DNA of 64,000 bases. It comes from Klebsormidium nitens. Lineage: Eukaryota; Plantae; Klebsormidiophyceae. The first letter of the stretch is position 1. Each line of letters begins with the position of its first letter. The stretch lies in assembly GCA_000708835.1 (NCBI GenBank), contig DF237321.1, positions 1-64,000 on the forward strand. Direction: 5' to 3'. Positions 36,607 through 50,033 of the stretch are shown here, in pieces. Position numbers and translations under genes: made by a program. The notes under the pieces were generated by a model. That model made no database searches. It saw only the letters and a program-made list of their open reading frames with translations, and had not been told where the DNA came from.

Positions 36607-39600
36607 ATGGATCTTCAACGGCAATTTGAAGAACGCATCAGCGAAAGCTTTGACCTCTCAGCATCTTTTGAGGCAAGTTCCGAGACGGATCGGGCATCAT
36701 AGAAAAATCAAATGGTTCCTGTCAATGCCAGACGCTTCATTCGCTTCTAGGGAGAAACTGCTCATAGAACAAACACTTCAGCTATGCAATGCATTGAAGC
36801 TAGAAGTGGTTTACCTAGGCTCTCTTTGACCAGGAAAGTCCAACAATTTGCTCTGTCTCTGAATCTGCAGACAGAAGGATTCGTAATGCTCTGTGCTTGT
36901 GTGCAGGAGATTGAGAGCTCTGCAATCTTTGATGGAGCCCAAGACGACGATGCAGACGTCAAGCAAGACCCTTTCTCAAAACTCAGACCTTTTCTCCGAG
37001 AAGAGGTATGGCAATCGTTGCTGACACTGGAAAGGCGTCAAGCGATGGCGACTTGCAGAACTCTCAGAACAATGCTTGTCTTAATCTTGATCTAAGCTAC
37101 CCTTCATTTCGAATGTATTCACCGACATCAAGACGAGTGTCTGCTCCTCAGCCTTTGAATATGATTGAAGGCTTCCTTGAAGAGGTTGGTTCCATTAAAA
37201 AGAATGAAGTCCCCAGATGCTGCTCACGCCTAGGACGAAGGAACAAGGTTCCCTGCAACGTTGTGAAACGCCTGTTACTTTGCAGACTCGCGACCAAGCT
37301 TTCAACTTCAGCTCGAGGGCCTTCATCCAGGTAGGGCGTGCGTCTGCCTCCCTGTGGCCACTGATAGTCAAAGTTGAAGATCAAGCTGCGGTCTCCGTTG
37401 AGGCTCCCGCAAGAGCTTTTTTTGATGCCGAGAGCTATCTATTCGCTTTAGCGTGGAAGAGTAGATCCAGAGAATAACAGCTATTCAGTCACCTGACCCA
37501 ATCCATTGATTGACGGTGTCGTGGCTCTTCGAATTGAGGCAGGTTCTGTCGTCATGCTATACAATTTGTCCAAATCGCAACGAAGCACATGCAGCAAATC
37601 AAACCTATATTGCTCTTCAGGTTGCCTATTATGCCGTCAAGCGAGCAGCAAGCGAAGGCCGGTGGCCAGAAAAAATGGAGGCGGGACTCATGAAGGCACT
37701 GATAAGACGGGGAAAGAAGGCACTGGGTGAAGGATGCAATGTGAAACAGCCCGGGAGACGAATGGTTTGTCAGGAAGGTTCGTCATTCTTCATCCTCCTT
37801 TTGTATCCTTGAGCCAGCAGTCGAGCTGTTCATCCCGTATCTGATTGGTAGTGAGTCTTGGAATCTTTCTTGGTGCAGAAAGTAATCAGATACTCTGTCT
37901 CTACAGAACTACGCGTCTGCATCTTCTTCATCTGCCATCTCGTGAAGATTACGGACGCCAGCCTAGCCTCCGGGAAGGAGGACAAGGACACCAGTGGTAG
38001 ACGAGATTGGCTCGGTGAGTTCGTTGCGCCTTTCAAAAGATGGACAGCCCTTGATATATCCTGGACTATTGATGTAAGTTCTCACTGACTGCAAGTCGTC
38101 AATGCATTCTTGAGTCAAACTAAGTGGATCTGTACAAAGAAGCCTTCATTCAGCCCACGATACTCTGTGGAGAACTCTACATTCAATCCAACGCAGATAC
38201 GAAAGCTTCGGCGGTGAGTTTTCTTAGCAGCGTCAGCGCCTCACTGACGAAAGTGTTCAGCAAGGGTCGTGACATTGAAGAAGCTGCGGAGCTTGTGGAA
38301 AGAAGCGCGCTAGACATCGTCATTGGTCAGAACTGGGTGAGGGATCCGACTAGGAGTGCATCAGGAGTGTCTGTTGATGCGTAGAGGAAACGGATGAGGG
38401 ATAAAAGGCTTTTTTCATCATGCGCAAATCTGCCATATCAACATTATTCAATTCCCACTTTTTCCTAACTGCTTCGGAAGCTTGGGTGCTCTTATGAAGC
38501 TTACTCACACCAGCAATCCAACTTGTGTCTGTAGCAGGCGAGGACTGCGCAAGCCAAGTTGACCTTGCAAACGCTGCGGCAGTCAATTGTGCAAATCCTT
38601 GCTCAACCATTCCTTCACGCTGTGAAACGGCCCAAACACGCTTTGGATCTCTTCGACGCTTTAGCTTCTCTCTGGGTTGAAAAGCAACAGCTGATTGAAG
38701 CTATGGTAAGCCTCAAGCGTCCATCATTCTTCTAGGTTTTAGCCGCAATGCTTTATAAGAGTGATAATGCATCTCTTCAACCAATTTGAAAGTCCGACAG
38801 GAGCCCTTGGCATTTTCGAAACCACTTTTGGTGTTAAAAAATTCTGCTCGCTCATCATTCAGGCACTCCAGTTTCGAATTATTTCACACTCACTCATCAT
38901 TCAGGCCGAGGTGCTACACGTCGTAGTGGACTCGGAACCAAAGTGTGGTGTCTCACTCCTGGTAAGTGGACAACGTTTCAGCTCGAGATTACAGCAGATG
39001 TAGTGTGCTACCATGTTTGCGACGACTGGTGGAAACCATTGAGGCTGCTACCTAGTACGCTGGGCCTGAGAATTGCAGAAGGCTTTCTACTTAAACCTTC
39101 TCTGTTATTTTCGTATGCAGTCCCGTGTCGTGGACGTCGTAATTTGTAAAACGAACGCGGCAAAAACAGACAAAATGGCACTTCTTCAAGATCATATAGG
39201 TAAGATTATCTTGATGTCGCCCCGATAGATGGGGGACACGTCAAATCTATCATTGAATTGATTGAAATCTTCTTGCACAGCTCAAGGCACGGGCTCGTAC
39301 TCCAAATGCGGGGCTAGTACTGCTTGGAGGACTTTTTGTGTACTGTTACTAGCCAGATACCGACACTGACTTTGACGAGCTGCCCTAAACCCTTTTCCGT
39401 CCAATTCTACGTCTGCAGAAGCAGGCATGGCAGTGCTCACCAAGTACGCTGACCGAGAGTCGGGCGCCCAAATCCTGGCTGCGTTTCTAGGTAAGCGTTT
39501 TGATGGCTAGTATGATTAAGCTTAGCGGACGTTTGTTGGGCTATTTTGTATTCAAGAATCTTGATGGCGGTAGAAGAGGCGCTATATGTATGTTGGATCT

Positions 39601-42600
39601 CCTCATATCCCTTACAACCGCTTGCGCACGTTCCATAATCTGTAATTTGCAATACACCCGCTTCGACTACGAGGCAGCTTCTGACTGCAGACCTTCGATT
39701 GCATGCAGGCTCGCTCTCGCCCGTCGTTTTTAATGAGCGCTCAGGAATCCGCAAGTCCTTCTTGGACATCGTCTGCTCTTGTCTAGCATGTAGCAGGTTG
39801 TCACGCGCTGACGGCAACGCTCTTCTGAAGATCAATTCGCTTTTCTTGACCGACAAGGACGCCAACGTCAGACTCCGCGTTCTCTCTTCAATCAGCAAGG
39901 GTCCGCAATGCCTTGGCTTGCTGACAGCTTCAGATTCATTTCCCATCGTAGAAGCTATAATCAAGCGCCTCCTTGATAAGAGCAAGATCGTCCGTTTGAA
40001 AGCCCTCCAAACAATGGAACGCATTCTGGGCTACCTTACAGATTCAAGACAGAAGCATTATGCAGCCGAAGAAGATGAAAGCTCTGGCACGGATCTCTTA
40101 CGAACAAAGACGCAGATCCAGACCTCGCTCTTTCCTATGCTCGCAAGGATGCTCACCATCCCGCAAGATTCTCCATACTTTTGCAAAGAGTCTCTTCTCG
40201 GAGCAGCGCGACTCCTCTCGATGCCTTGCCAAATCGGGGTTATTCAGCCTTACCTCGAGTCTCTGATTGCAATGAATCACTCACCTGACAGCCAAGCCCT
40301 TACAATAGAGGTACTGCAAGCGCACCTGGACTCCTACCAGGCCTGGAGCTCCTTCTTATGCTCCTCAAGTGACAGGGCACTAGTAAAACTGGACAGTTTT
40401 CTGAAGGAAGCTTCTGCGTCCTCTTCATCAGGAGGTTACGACGGAAACAAGATCGAACATTCAGGTAAAAATCTTCGTGAGCCATATTAACACTGTGTTC
40501 TCGTCCCCAATTTGAATCTCGTAATTTTTCTGGAGACTGCCCCTCAGACTAAGGTCATCTCTATATTGATCAAGGAAGCTTCTATCCACGTTGAAAGCCC
40601 AACGTCAGCCAACTATGGACTTTTGCAGGCGCTCCGCAGCAAAGATTTCCAAGCGAGAAGCACCAGAAGCTCGTTCTACAGGCTTTCAACATCATTTCAC
40701 AGTTGCAAAGCAGGGAGCTTACGAAAGCAGAGGTTTTGGGTGCGCTCAAGGTCATCGTATTCCTCATGGCTCCACAAACTCCTGTCAGCACCAGGATGGG
40801 AGACCAGTTGCATTCTCTGGTGCTGTCTGTACGGTGGTCAGCGCAACTGCACGGATCGGTCGAGGAAAATGAGAGCACGTTAGACGGAAACGACTGCCTC
40901 AAGTGGAGCCTGAAGGTAAGCCTACAGAAGTAACCTGAAGTGCAGCTCATTATTCCGTCTACAGTTAGATGTGCTCATGCTTGCTCTTAAGCTGCAGCTT
41001 TACCTACCGTTGATATATGAGCGTGTCCGTGCGAAGAAAGCATCATCTTTGCAAAGTAACGTGATCACATATGCATAACTAGATCCTGTAGATTCGAAAT
41101 CTGGATATATCCCAACCTCTTGTGCAGACTTGTGCGACCGTGTCCAGAAAGCTGAATATCAAAACCTGGACCGAAGCAGAGGATTTGCTGCGGCTTCACT
41201 TCGTCTCCCTGTACCCCTCTCACAAAGAGGAGGTAATAGAGCTTCTCTACAGCATGGGAGATCCGCTCAGACTTTCTGAGGAGATTTTGAGGTGAGAACA
41301 TGTGGTCGATACGACAGTCAGCACTTAAATTTTTCACGGCTCATCGAGATTCTCGAAGCACTACCTGACAGCTTGTATGATACAGATGCCTTAGTATTTC
41401 CAAGAGATGCTGACACCCGGTGCAGAAACGCAGCGATGGTTGACGGCACAGGTCTATTTCTGCGAGCTTCGGGAAGCTTTGTGTCTGCAGAGATCTCATA
41501 AACAATATCCCTGAGTTGCAGAGCATACGTAGAGGCTGGGGTGTTCACCAGTCCCCAGCATCTCGGGACTCTCGTCCACTTCGTTCAGTGGATTGGCGAT
41601 ATGTCTAGGAACTACAAGACTGCGGAGACGCTTTTCTTGAGCCAAATGAGAGACTCTCGGCACGTGAAGGAAAGAAGGACCTCCCGACTCGAAGATGGAT
41701 TCGATTACATGGACGAAGAAGACGAGAAAGCAAATGAGGAAGGCGAGTCTCCTCTAAACCGACATATTTGGAGGTTTCCGTTCAAGAACCCACAGCGCAC
41801 GTCTGGATCTCGTCTAACTTCCTTTGATGAGATAGTAGGAACCAGGTCTTCTTGTCAAAGAAAAATTTGACTCTGTCTCGTCAGCAGAAAAGGTTTCACA
41901 CAGCTTGCGAGCAGATTGGTGACACTTGAGAGGGAGGAAAGTGCGATACATCGGTCCTTTCTCGTCGTGCAGATGCAGTGCAACACTTCGCGGCCTCTCT
42001 GCTCGCCGGGGACTCGGTCCCGGGCTGCTACGTCCCTGTTCTGGCCCACCTCGCTTCCAACCGCGAACTTCCTACCCTCCTGCGAACAGCAGCTGTGACA
42101 AGCCTCGGAAGCTTCTTGCTTCTCTCCCCCGACCTTGCAAAGCAGCACAAGCATTTGGTGCAGGATCTCTTGAGAGAAGGGGCTCCGGAGATGAAACTCG
42201 CAGCACTTGAAGTCGCTTCTAAGCTAGTTCTGCAAGCCCCAAACGAGTATACGCCGGTCTTCGAGACCATCCAGCAGCTGTTGCTAAACTCCGACGTCAA
42301 AGAGACGGCCTACTGCGTCTTCGCGGAACTCCTTCTACAGCAGGTCCGTTCAATTGCTTCCAGAAAAAAATTCTGCTCTCCTGCAGTTTTTCGGTAAGAA
42401 GTAAGTCGCACTTACTGTCTGGTTGCTTTGGTCTGAAGCTCACTTAACGAAGCAGCGATGAAACCCGTCTTGCATCTGGTCATTCTTTATATCTTGCTTT
42501 ATCTTGCAATTCCGTCTCAAGATCGTCCTTTTTCCTGCAACAGAAGCTGAGAGCTCACGTGTATCTGGGGGCCATTACCGCTGGCTTGGTGGACAGCTCT

Positions 42601-43744
42601 GCCAGGATCCAAAGCCTCATGGTCTTTGTGCTTCAAAGGCTCCTTGAAGACTCGGGGCGTGCAAGGTGAGACGGGGTGTAGTGGGACTTGTGCTTAATTG
42701 TCAAGAAGAAGCGTGTCTACGTTCAAGAGAACTTGGGTCTGTGCACTGAAACCGTTTCTTCGCTTCCTAAAGTCCTCGAGTTTCGCGCCTTAAGTAGAAT
42801 TCCGTCAACGTAATGTTGAACGAAACCAGATTAAACTGCAAACTTCGGCTTTTCGTTGTACCTTTTGACGTGACGTGACTCTTTGCACAAGCAGATTGTT
42901 GGCTTTTTCCCCTCAGGTACAAGATCGTGGTCGACGCATACAAGCAGAGCGCGCCGGAAGTCAGGACGGGCCTGCTGGAAACCTTGTTGGACGGCTTCCT
43001 GGACGAGAAGGATCTGAAAGCGGACGACTTGGCGAGCCACGTTCTGCAGCTGCTGGTGCTCGGAACTGAAGGGGCTGCAGAGTTTGCCGCGCACTTGAGC
43101 CCTTCCGCAAAGGTTCTGCAACAGTTGGACGCCCACGTCCAGGTCAGTGGCATCCGTCTTCGACATAATGACAAAGCTACAGCAACAAAAGGAAAACAAC
43201 TTTGCTCGCCTTTCCGGCAAACCTTACTTCCATCTTACGCTACCGAAGAGATTGTTGCAGCCATATTTCAGACTTTTGCGCTGTTCGCCAACGAAACAGC
43301 GCCGGTTAGCCTTCATTCGTAAAATCTTGTTTCGTTTGTTTTGATCAAGTCAGGCAGCTGGTGGACGTATCGATGTTACAGCACATGCTTCAGGACCTGT
43401 CCTCGGGTTTCGCCTCTTTCTGACCCTCTTTGCACACCACGCTGCCGCAGGCCTGCCCTCCTCGGATCTCTCTCTCGAACGACCCGGAATCCGTCGAAGC
43501 CCTCTGCAAGTTTGTCGCAAACCACCGGAAGCATTCTTCCGCAACGACCGCAAGCAAGGATCTTGTGAACAGGCTGCTCGACCACTTCCAGAAAAAGACT
43601 CGGAGGCGCAAACGACGTGCGGAGATTAGCACTGCGCCAGAAAGCTCGTCTTTGGGAGCTATTGAAGAGTACGCTAGAGCGGTCGACGCTTTCAACGAGA
43701 AGGCCGATGCGAGCAGCATATATGAGATTATTGGTGATGGATAG
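36607..43744 (+). CDS. Divergent condensin HEAT subunit (CAP-D2/Cnd1- or CAP-D3-like); 5' exons tentative
   Basis: HEAT segments TDKDANVRLRVL...KRLLDKSKIVRLKALQ (39850-40030), an acidic loop DGFDYMDEEDE (~41700), and a Cnd1-like block LRTAAVTSLGSFLLLSPDLAKQH...MKLAALEVASKLVLQAPN...AYCVFAELLLQQKLRAHVYLGAITAGLVDSSARIQ (41978-42620). Terminal exon ends 43744. The start at 36607 (MDLQRQFEERISESF, GC donor) is a guess. Confidence 0.65.
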
Positions 43745-44745
43745 CCTGTACGTGAGTCCGATGGTGGCCTGGCGATGTCTGGCGCTAAGTGCTTTGGTAA
43801 ACCAGAGAAACAGAGTGTTCACAAGGAAGCCTCTCATGCAAAGAAAGGGACAAATTTGATCTGGTCGGGGGACGCGCACGCGCTTCAAGGGGTACAGTTG
43901 CCGTCCTTGTAAAAGTATGTCTCAGGGCGCAATCGGTTCTTCGCGGATCGCTCGGCGAATCAAGGCGTCAGAAAGGCGGTTCGCTTTCCCGGGCCCTGGA
44001 GGCCCCGATTGAGGATTAATATACCGTAAGAGAATGTTGAAAACGTACTGCCACCGGATGTAATTGATGGATCGGAGATGGATTACTGTAGGAGAAAAAG
44101 CTTGGCCGACTGAGCATCCAACTAAGCATGCTGGAGTACACCCACAAATATATCATGCAGTGGCATACATGCATGCTGCCTTGTCTGGCCGGACTCAATC
44201 GCATCGCCCTTTTTGCGGCGTGCCAACATGCATGATCAAGTCACGCGTCGGAGGGGCTTAATTTAGCCGCGGATGCCTTGTAAACGCCTTAATGCCATGA
44301 TGCGCCTTGTGAACGTACTAGCCGGGCCCGTGTGACCTCCGACATAGCTGCACTCACACGCATCACTCACCATGATGCAGCCGCGCTAAGTAGGCTAGTA
44401 TGGCAGGATACCTAGCCATACTCAGCGGTGCATACATAACCATTGAATCGCAAGACTCGGCAGGAATGCATCAGATGCATATTAAGGATATCAATTTAAG
44501 GAATAGCCTAGGTGCTCCGGTTAAGAGAACAACTGCGTACCCATAGATGCAGCTGCGCGCAACCACTGTAGCGGGCCTCAATAACCCATTCCCCAGGCTC
44601 CATCAAGGATTGACGCATGTTCCGCAACGAAAGGCTGTGGAGCTGTTCGATTCAAGAACACTCCGACTTTTTGCGTCTTTAAAGCACGGTACCACGTGTG
44701 TTCGAACAAGCACCTCGCTTCCAGATCATGATTACCACAGGCTCG

Positions 44746-47700
44746 CTATAGAAGTTTGAGATGACCCGTTACGTCGTCAACTAGTTTCGCCGGACCTGCA
44801 AAGAATTGAAATGAGAGTAAGGGTATGGCAGCAAACAGGACGAAATCCTGCTTCAAAGTTCCCCGCATTGAGGTAGTGTGAACGAGGAAGGCGCGAGGAT
44901 AAGGATCAAGAGCGAGCAATCGAGTATGGTGACATCCGAGCCTCTTATACGGCGAATCCAAAGTATGCTCACCTACGATCGCCATGACAGTCCGAGAGTC
45001 TGCAAATCGACAGGGGCGTCAGTAGATACCGGGATAGACGGATAAAAGTCTTTCTAAGCGTTCCAATCCGATATTGCGAGGAGATCAAACTAGATTGCTG
45101 AAGTGCTAAGGCACCCATGTAGTGATATCTGACGGTTCGTAGTACTACAGCATTGCTGCTCAATCGCCTTCTGTTTCGTGATTCCAATCTGCTTGGACGA
45201 CCTCTTCCTTACGAGCAAAAGTGGACGACCAGCGCCGAGTCAACCGTGCGGTGCCGGTCATCGCGGACTACCGTAAGCAACCTTTGCGTGCTCAACTGTC
45301 ATCATCAGACTCACGTAGATGCAGATTTCTCCGCAATAAGACATTTGTCACTTACTTGGAGCAATCTGCGTGCGTCCCGCATCTATGGTGATATGGGTCG
45401 GCAAACCGACCGCCCTAGCTTGACTCTGCAAGAACGGAAGTCGAATGAGACAAAGTCGGGCAAGCCACAGAGCCTCCTGCTCGTGCCCATCTTGATTTTG
45501 CTGCTTCGTTTCTCCACTTAACTGCCTCATTGACTTTATCTACGCGTCGGATTAATACGCCTATGCCAAGCCTGCCGCAGATTTCTTCTTGATTCGAACG
45601 GGTCATTTTTTGTCTATCGGTAAGCAAGATGGTTTGTAATCAGTGCTGACGTTTCCCGTCAAGTTGTTTTTGACCCTCAGCGGAATCATGCCCCGGCGAA
45701 TCTGCACGCTTCCGTCTCCTTTATGCCAACGAACCACCTCAAGATTTAAGCCTCAACTCTGCGTAACATGCAACACGATGACATCCTGACAAATTGCGGT
45801 CCTGATGTAACGGCGCTCCGAACCACGTAATCTGCGGAAGTATCCGCCGTTGACTCGTAGCATTCTGATTCCAAAGCATGCTTACCTGCAAAGCGAGAAT
45901 GTCGGCTTCCGTCTCGGCCTTGACAACGACCTTCACTTGGGCGCAGTACTCCCATCTGCGAGCGAACCAAGACGGACGCGTTCATCAAAGTTGTGGCGAC
46001 TGCAATGTCCGTAATGCAACACCTTTGGTCGCCTGTCAATTTCAAAGCAGGCCTTACGACGTCTCAAATTCTACTCACATGATCAAAACTTTGAGACATT
46101 AATCTCGTCTCCAGATTTGAGGGCGACCGCATACAGTACGAAAAAGACCTGCAAATTGCTGGTGACATCAACCCTCGCAGGCGAACAGCCCCGAAACCAG
46201 TCATCCTCACCTCCGAAGTATTGAGGGCCCTCGTCTCAGAAGGTGCTTATATACCCCCAATGTTGCGTGGCTGCACAACAAACGCCGTTTTCAGGAAGCT
46301 GTCACCAAACAACGAGGACAAAGGCAGAGACGACTCCTTCTGAATCTGCACAAATTGCTCTAGAGTTGCCACAGGCGAGAGTTGGCAAGGGCACTGGCTG
46401 TGCACACCAGAGTCTGCTTTAGGCCTGCCACCCACATGGTTGATCTTTTGAACAGTCATTCAAAATCGTCCAGATCCTCTGAGATCAGTAGGGAAAGGGG
46501 TCTCTCACAGGTGGATTCGTCGGACCGCATTGCTTGCTTCCAAGAGCAAACAGTCACTTGCATCACGATACCAGAATATGAGAAGCAATTGCCATGCATT
46601 CCGGAACCCACCTGCACTGAGCAGCGATTTTGCCCTTCCCCATCTTCAGGTCGTTCCGAACCACCAGCACCTGAGCGACAGCATTAGTGTGATGTCAGCA
46701 AGACAATCATTGAGGATGGTTGTCAAGGCATGAATGGGTTAGACCATTGCTTTACGGTATCGGAGCTGAAGGGGGGAATCAAAGGGGCAAACACCGGCAA
46801 ATTGAAACCTGAGAAGTTGGAGTTGATGAACGTCTAATGTGTGATCAAGCAGTCCAACTGAGGTGGGACCGAGGATTCTACTCAAAGAATCTGCATCGGT
46901 CCCGGTGCCTGTTCAGATTGGCCTCTAGTCCTGAGCTCCTGCTGATATGTAACAAACGGATGACCTACTTTCTGAAGAAACCCCCATACATTCCGATGTC
47001 AATTCGTCCAGGTAGACCGTCTAACCCACAGAACTCACTTGCAGGACAATCAAACTCTGGAGGTGACCAGAAGGTGGAAGCGCGCCCCACGCAGAAAGCT
47101 GACGGTTTCAAGCATTAAGCCTGGTCAAATGAACCTACTAGGACCTCGATGTCGTATGAAAGCACCCTTCAACAACTTGGTAAGCCTTCAAGACAAAGTC
47201 GGCTCCTACAATCCCATTTCATCTCTCATAAAGGAAAAAAGTTGAAGACACGGTACGCACCATCTTAAAGTCCTCGTACTTCTTCGCCAGCTCCTCATAC
47301 TCATCAACGCCAGAGTTCGCAGATGGCATGTCCTCTTCTGCATCGCTCTCATCTTCTTCCTCCTCTCCATCGACTTCCTCTTCCTCCTCTAATTCTGTGC
47401 TTTGTGGAAGTTTTGGGTACTGCAGCGTCACCCCCAGGTACCAACCTGCATCAACAATTGAGGCGCAGTTGTTGTGTGAACAATGAGGCCATCAATTTGC
47501 AGAGGAAGGTCACAGACCATCACATTCTGATGGTCTACTGTATTGCATTGCTACCTTACACAACATCATTGAAACTGACACAGCCTCAATGAGTGTGTTG
47601 CAAGTGCAAATCCAAGCTACGTGTTCTATATGCCTCTCCAAGACATTGTAAGATCAGTTTGGGATTGGATTGGCAGCCCCATCAATCCCCTCGGTGCACT

Positions 47701-47852
47701 TGCAAGGGCAATCACCACTTATAAGCTGCAACGGTTTAAGGGCCTCCCGCTTTAAGCTGCACAGAGAACATTCTGTTGAGCTCACCAAGGAACAATGCAC
47801 CAGCAGCGACTCCCAGAAACTGATACAGAGACGCCACTTGCGCTGCCGCCAT
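44746..47852 (-). CDS. PTH2: Peptidyl-tRNA hydrolase 2 (PTH2/Bit1 type) with N-terminal membrane anchor
   Basis: In-phase minus-strand exons: MAAAQVASLYQFLGVAAGALFLG | WYLGVTLQ...EEEE...KKYEDFKM | VLVVRNDLKMGKGKIAAQCS | HATLGVYKHLLRRGPSILRR | WEYCAQVKVVVKAETEADILALQ | SQARAVGLPTHITIDAGRTQIAPN | SRTVMAIVG | PAKLVDDVTGHLKLL*. Confidence 0.93.
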
Positions 47853-50033
47853 GGTAGCAGGATGTACCGTAGCGAGAGCTTTCTGAAGAAGCTTTGAGAA
47901 GCGCAATGGACCGGCCTGCAATGGAATACTACTTTTAAGTTAAAAGACGAGCGAAGAGGAAGAGGTGGATGGACGCCCATGCACTACAAATAAGATGGAG
48001 GCTTTTCATTGGCTTGCCTTTCAAAGGGAACCCGTAGGAATTGATCACGAACGAATGATTGGCGGAACATTCAGACCGCAATCGTAGACTGGCCGTTGGC
48101 TTAGCCAGATTTCGATGCGGAAGGTTTGGTGCCGATCGTCCTGGCCGGACTTTGCCAAATGATTATCATGCATGGCGCGACATGCATGACACTATCTTTT
48201 AAAATCGAAACGAAGCTCCGCATTATCCGGCATAATAAGGGACCGCCAGACTATATTAACGTGCTTCGTCGGGTTCACCTGCTTCGGCAGCTGGTATCTT
48301 TGGGTTACTTATCGGGTTTAGTGTTGATGGCCATCTTTGGTGCTATGCGGGTTAATGTGGGTTAAGTTATCGAGAGAAGGCGCATGGCCAGTATGGTCTG
48401 GGCGCTGTGCGCGGCATGGGGCGCCGGCCTCTGCGCGCAACTTTAGACTGTCCGATTACGAGAAGGAAGAGATCGGACGGCTCAAACTCAGCAAGCACAC
48501 AAAGGCAAGCCACGGTTCCCCGCAGGGGAACCATTCGGGTCACCGCTCGTTCCTCAAAGCACAAAATTCTGGCGAACCCTGGGAAATGCAGGCGATGACC
48601 CGCATGACGGTTTTGGTGCCCGGCGTGACGGTGGCGACACCTTGACCCTGAGGGTGACGCGACTTACCGGCAACTCAAGACCGTTGCCGGTGCCGGTCTC
48701 AGGAAGACCAAACGGTAATGGTACTCAAACCGTGCACGGTGAAAGCATCTGTGGAGAGCATTGATCAGTTGTCACTATTTCAAAAATGTCGAAAACTTGT
48801 AAAACCCTCTGCCTTGGCCATTGGCATGGGTGCTGGGATTTGGGCATCACAAGGGCGGGTTGGAAGGGCCTGCGATTTGCAAGTACCAGTGCTGAGCAGG
48901 TTGTCTGTCTAACTAAGGCATCTGGTGAGCGCCAAAGGATTATTGAGGTTGCTGCTGATTGCGCAGCGCATAGTCAGATGATGCGGCGCTTATGGCGACC
49001 AGCTTGCTCGCAACCTACGGGCCGCACAGGCTCCTACGAACAGGCGTTTTGAGCAAGCAAGATTCAAGGGGCTCTTTCCGACACACGGCGTCTCAAGGTG
49101 TGTCATCTGCACCATAAGCACTGTCTGTGATGCTGGATTCTCTTTTGCATGCAAAGAGGAAGAAATTGTTCTTGTCCCGTCATGATCTTCCTATGTTCCA
49201 GCGAGCCACTTCGGCGCTCAACTTGTTGCCCTCTATGCCTCTTTGTAGCAAGGTTGATCTGCAAGGAGGCACCAGATGTGGCCCACTCAAGTATGTCTAT
49301 GTTTCTCATAGCCCCTATCTTTTTGGCCAGTATCGCGAATTCCTGCGGGAGTCTCTGCCACCACCACTGGAAAGCGCTGTCTCTCGTCTTCAAACTCCTA
49401 TGAGGATTTTGCGTGCTGCCGCTCGTTAAGAAGCGATTCAATCGTGTCACATCAAAGCTCCACTTCAAGGCCCCAAGGCACACTCCACCGGATTTGAAGT
49501 GTGCCGGTGGTAAACTTTTGCCACCACTGCTGAAAAGTCTACATATGTGTCCGTTCGCAGGGAGCTCGTGCACAGCCACCTGTCAAGTAGGACGCCAGGT
49601 GACGGACACTTTCTTACAACGGAGAACCATGTTCCATCTTCAGAGAGCAGCAGGTGAGACGCTTCCGCGCAATAGATGACTACTGACCTTGAGCAAGTTC
49701 TCAGACCACAGTAACAGAAGCAGCGGTTTACCTTTTGTTTGAAGTTCCCTTGGCGAAAGGTTTGCTCAGCTTGTTAGCTGCCAACTAAAGAACTCTTTAG
49801 GCAGTTGACGGTGTTTTGCGCCATCGAAGCGTGAGAAACCTGTAGTTTGTCTGCCGCTTGTTTCAAGTTTCATAGATTTGTACCCCTGTGTCATTCCCTT
49901 GTCCTTCTTCATCCACCGCCTCCACCTTAAACCGTTTCGAAGCCTGCACAAGTAACCAGTCAGTCACACCTCTCTCGCGCTCTACAAAGAACCATTCATC
50001 CTGAATCGGACTTTATCATCTCCCCTCTTCCAG

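Noticed and set aside
49127-49429. 100-aa ORF between PTH2 and the YqaJ-like gene
   Set aside because: No recognisable motif; it probably lies within a 5' intron of the YqaJ-like gene.
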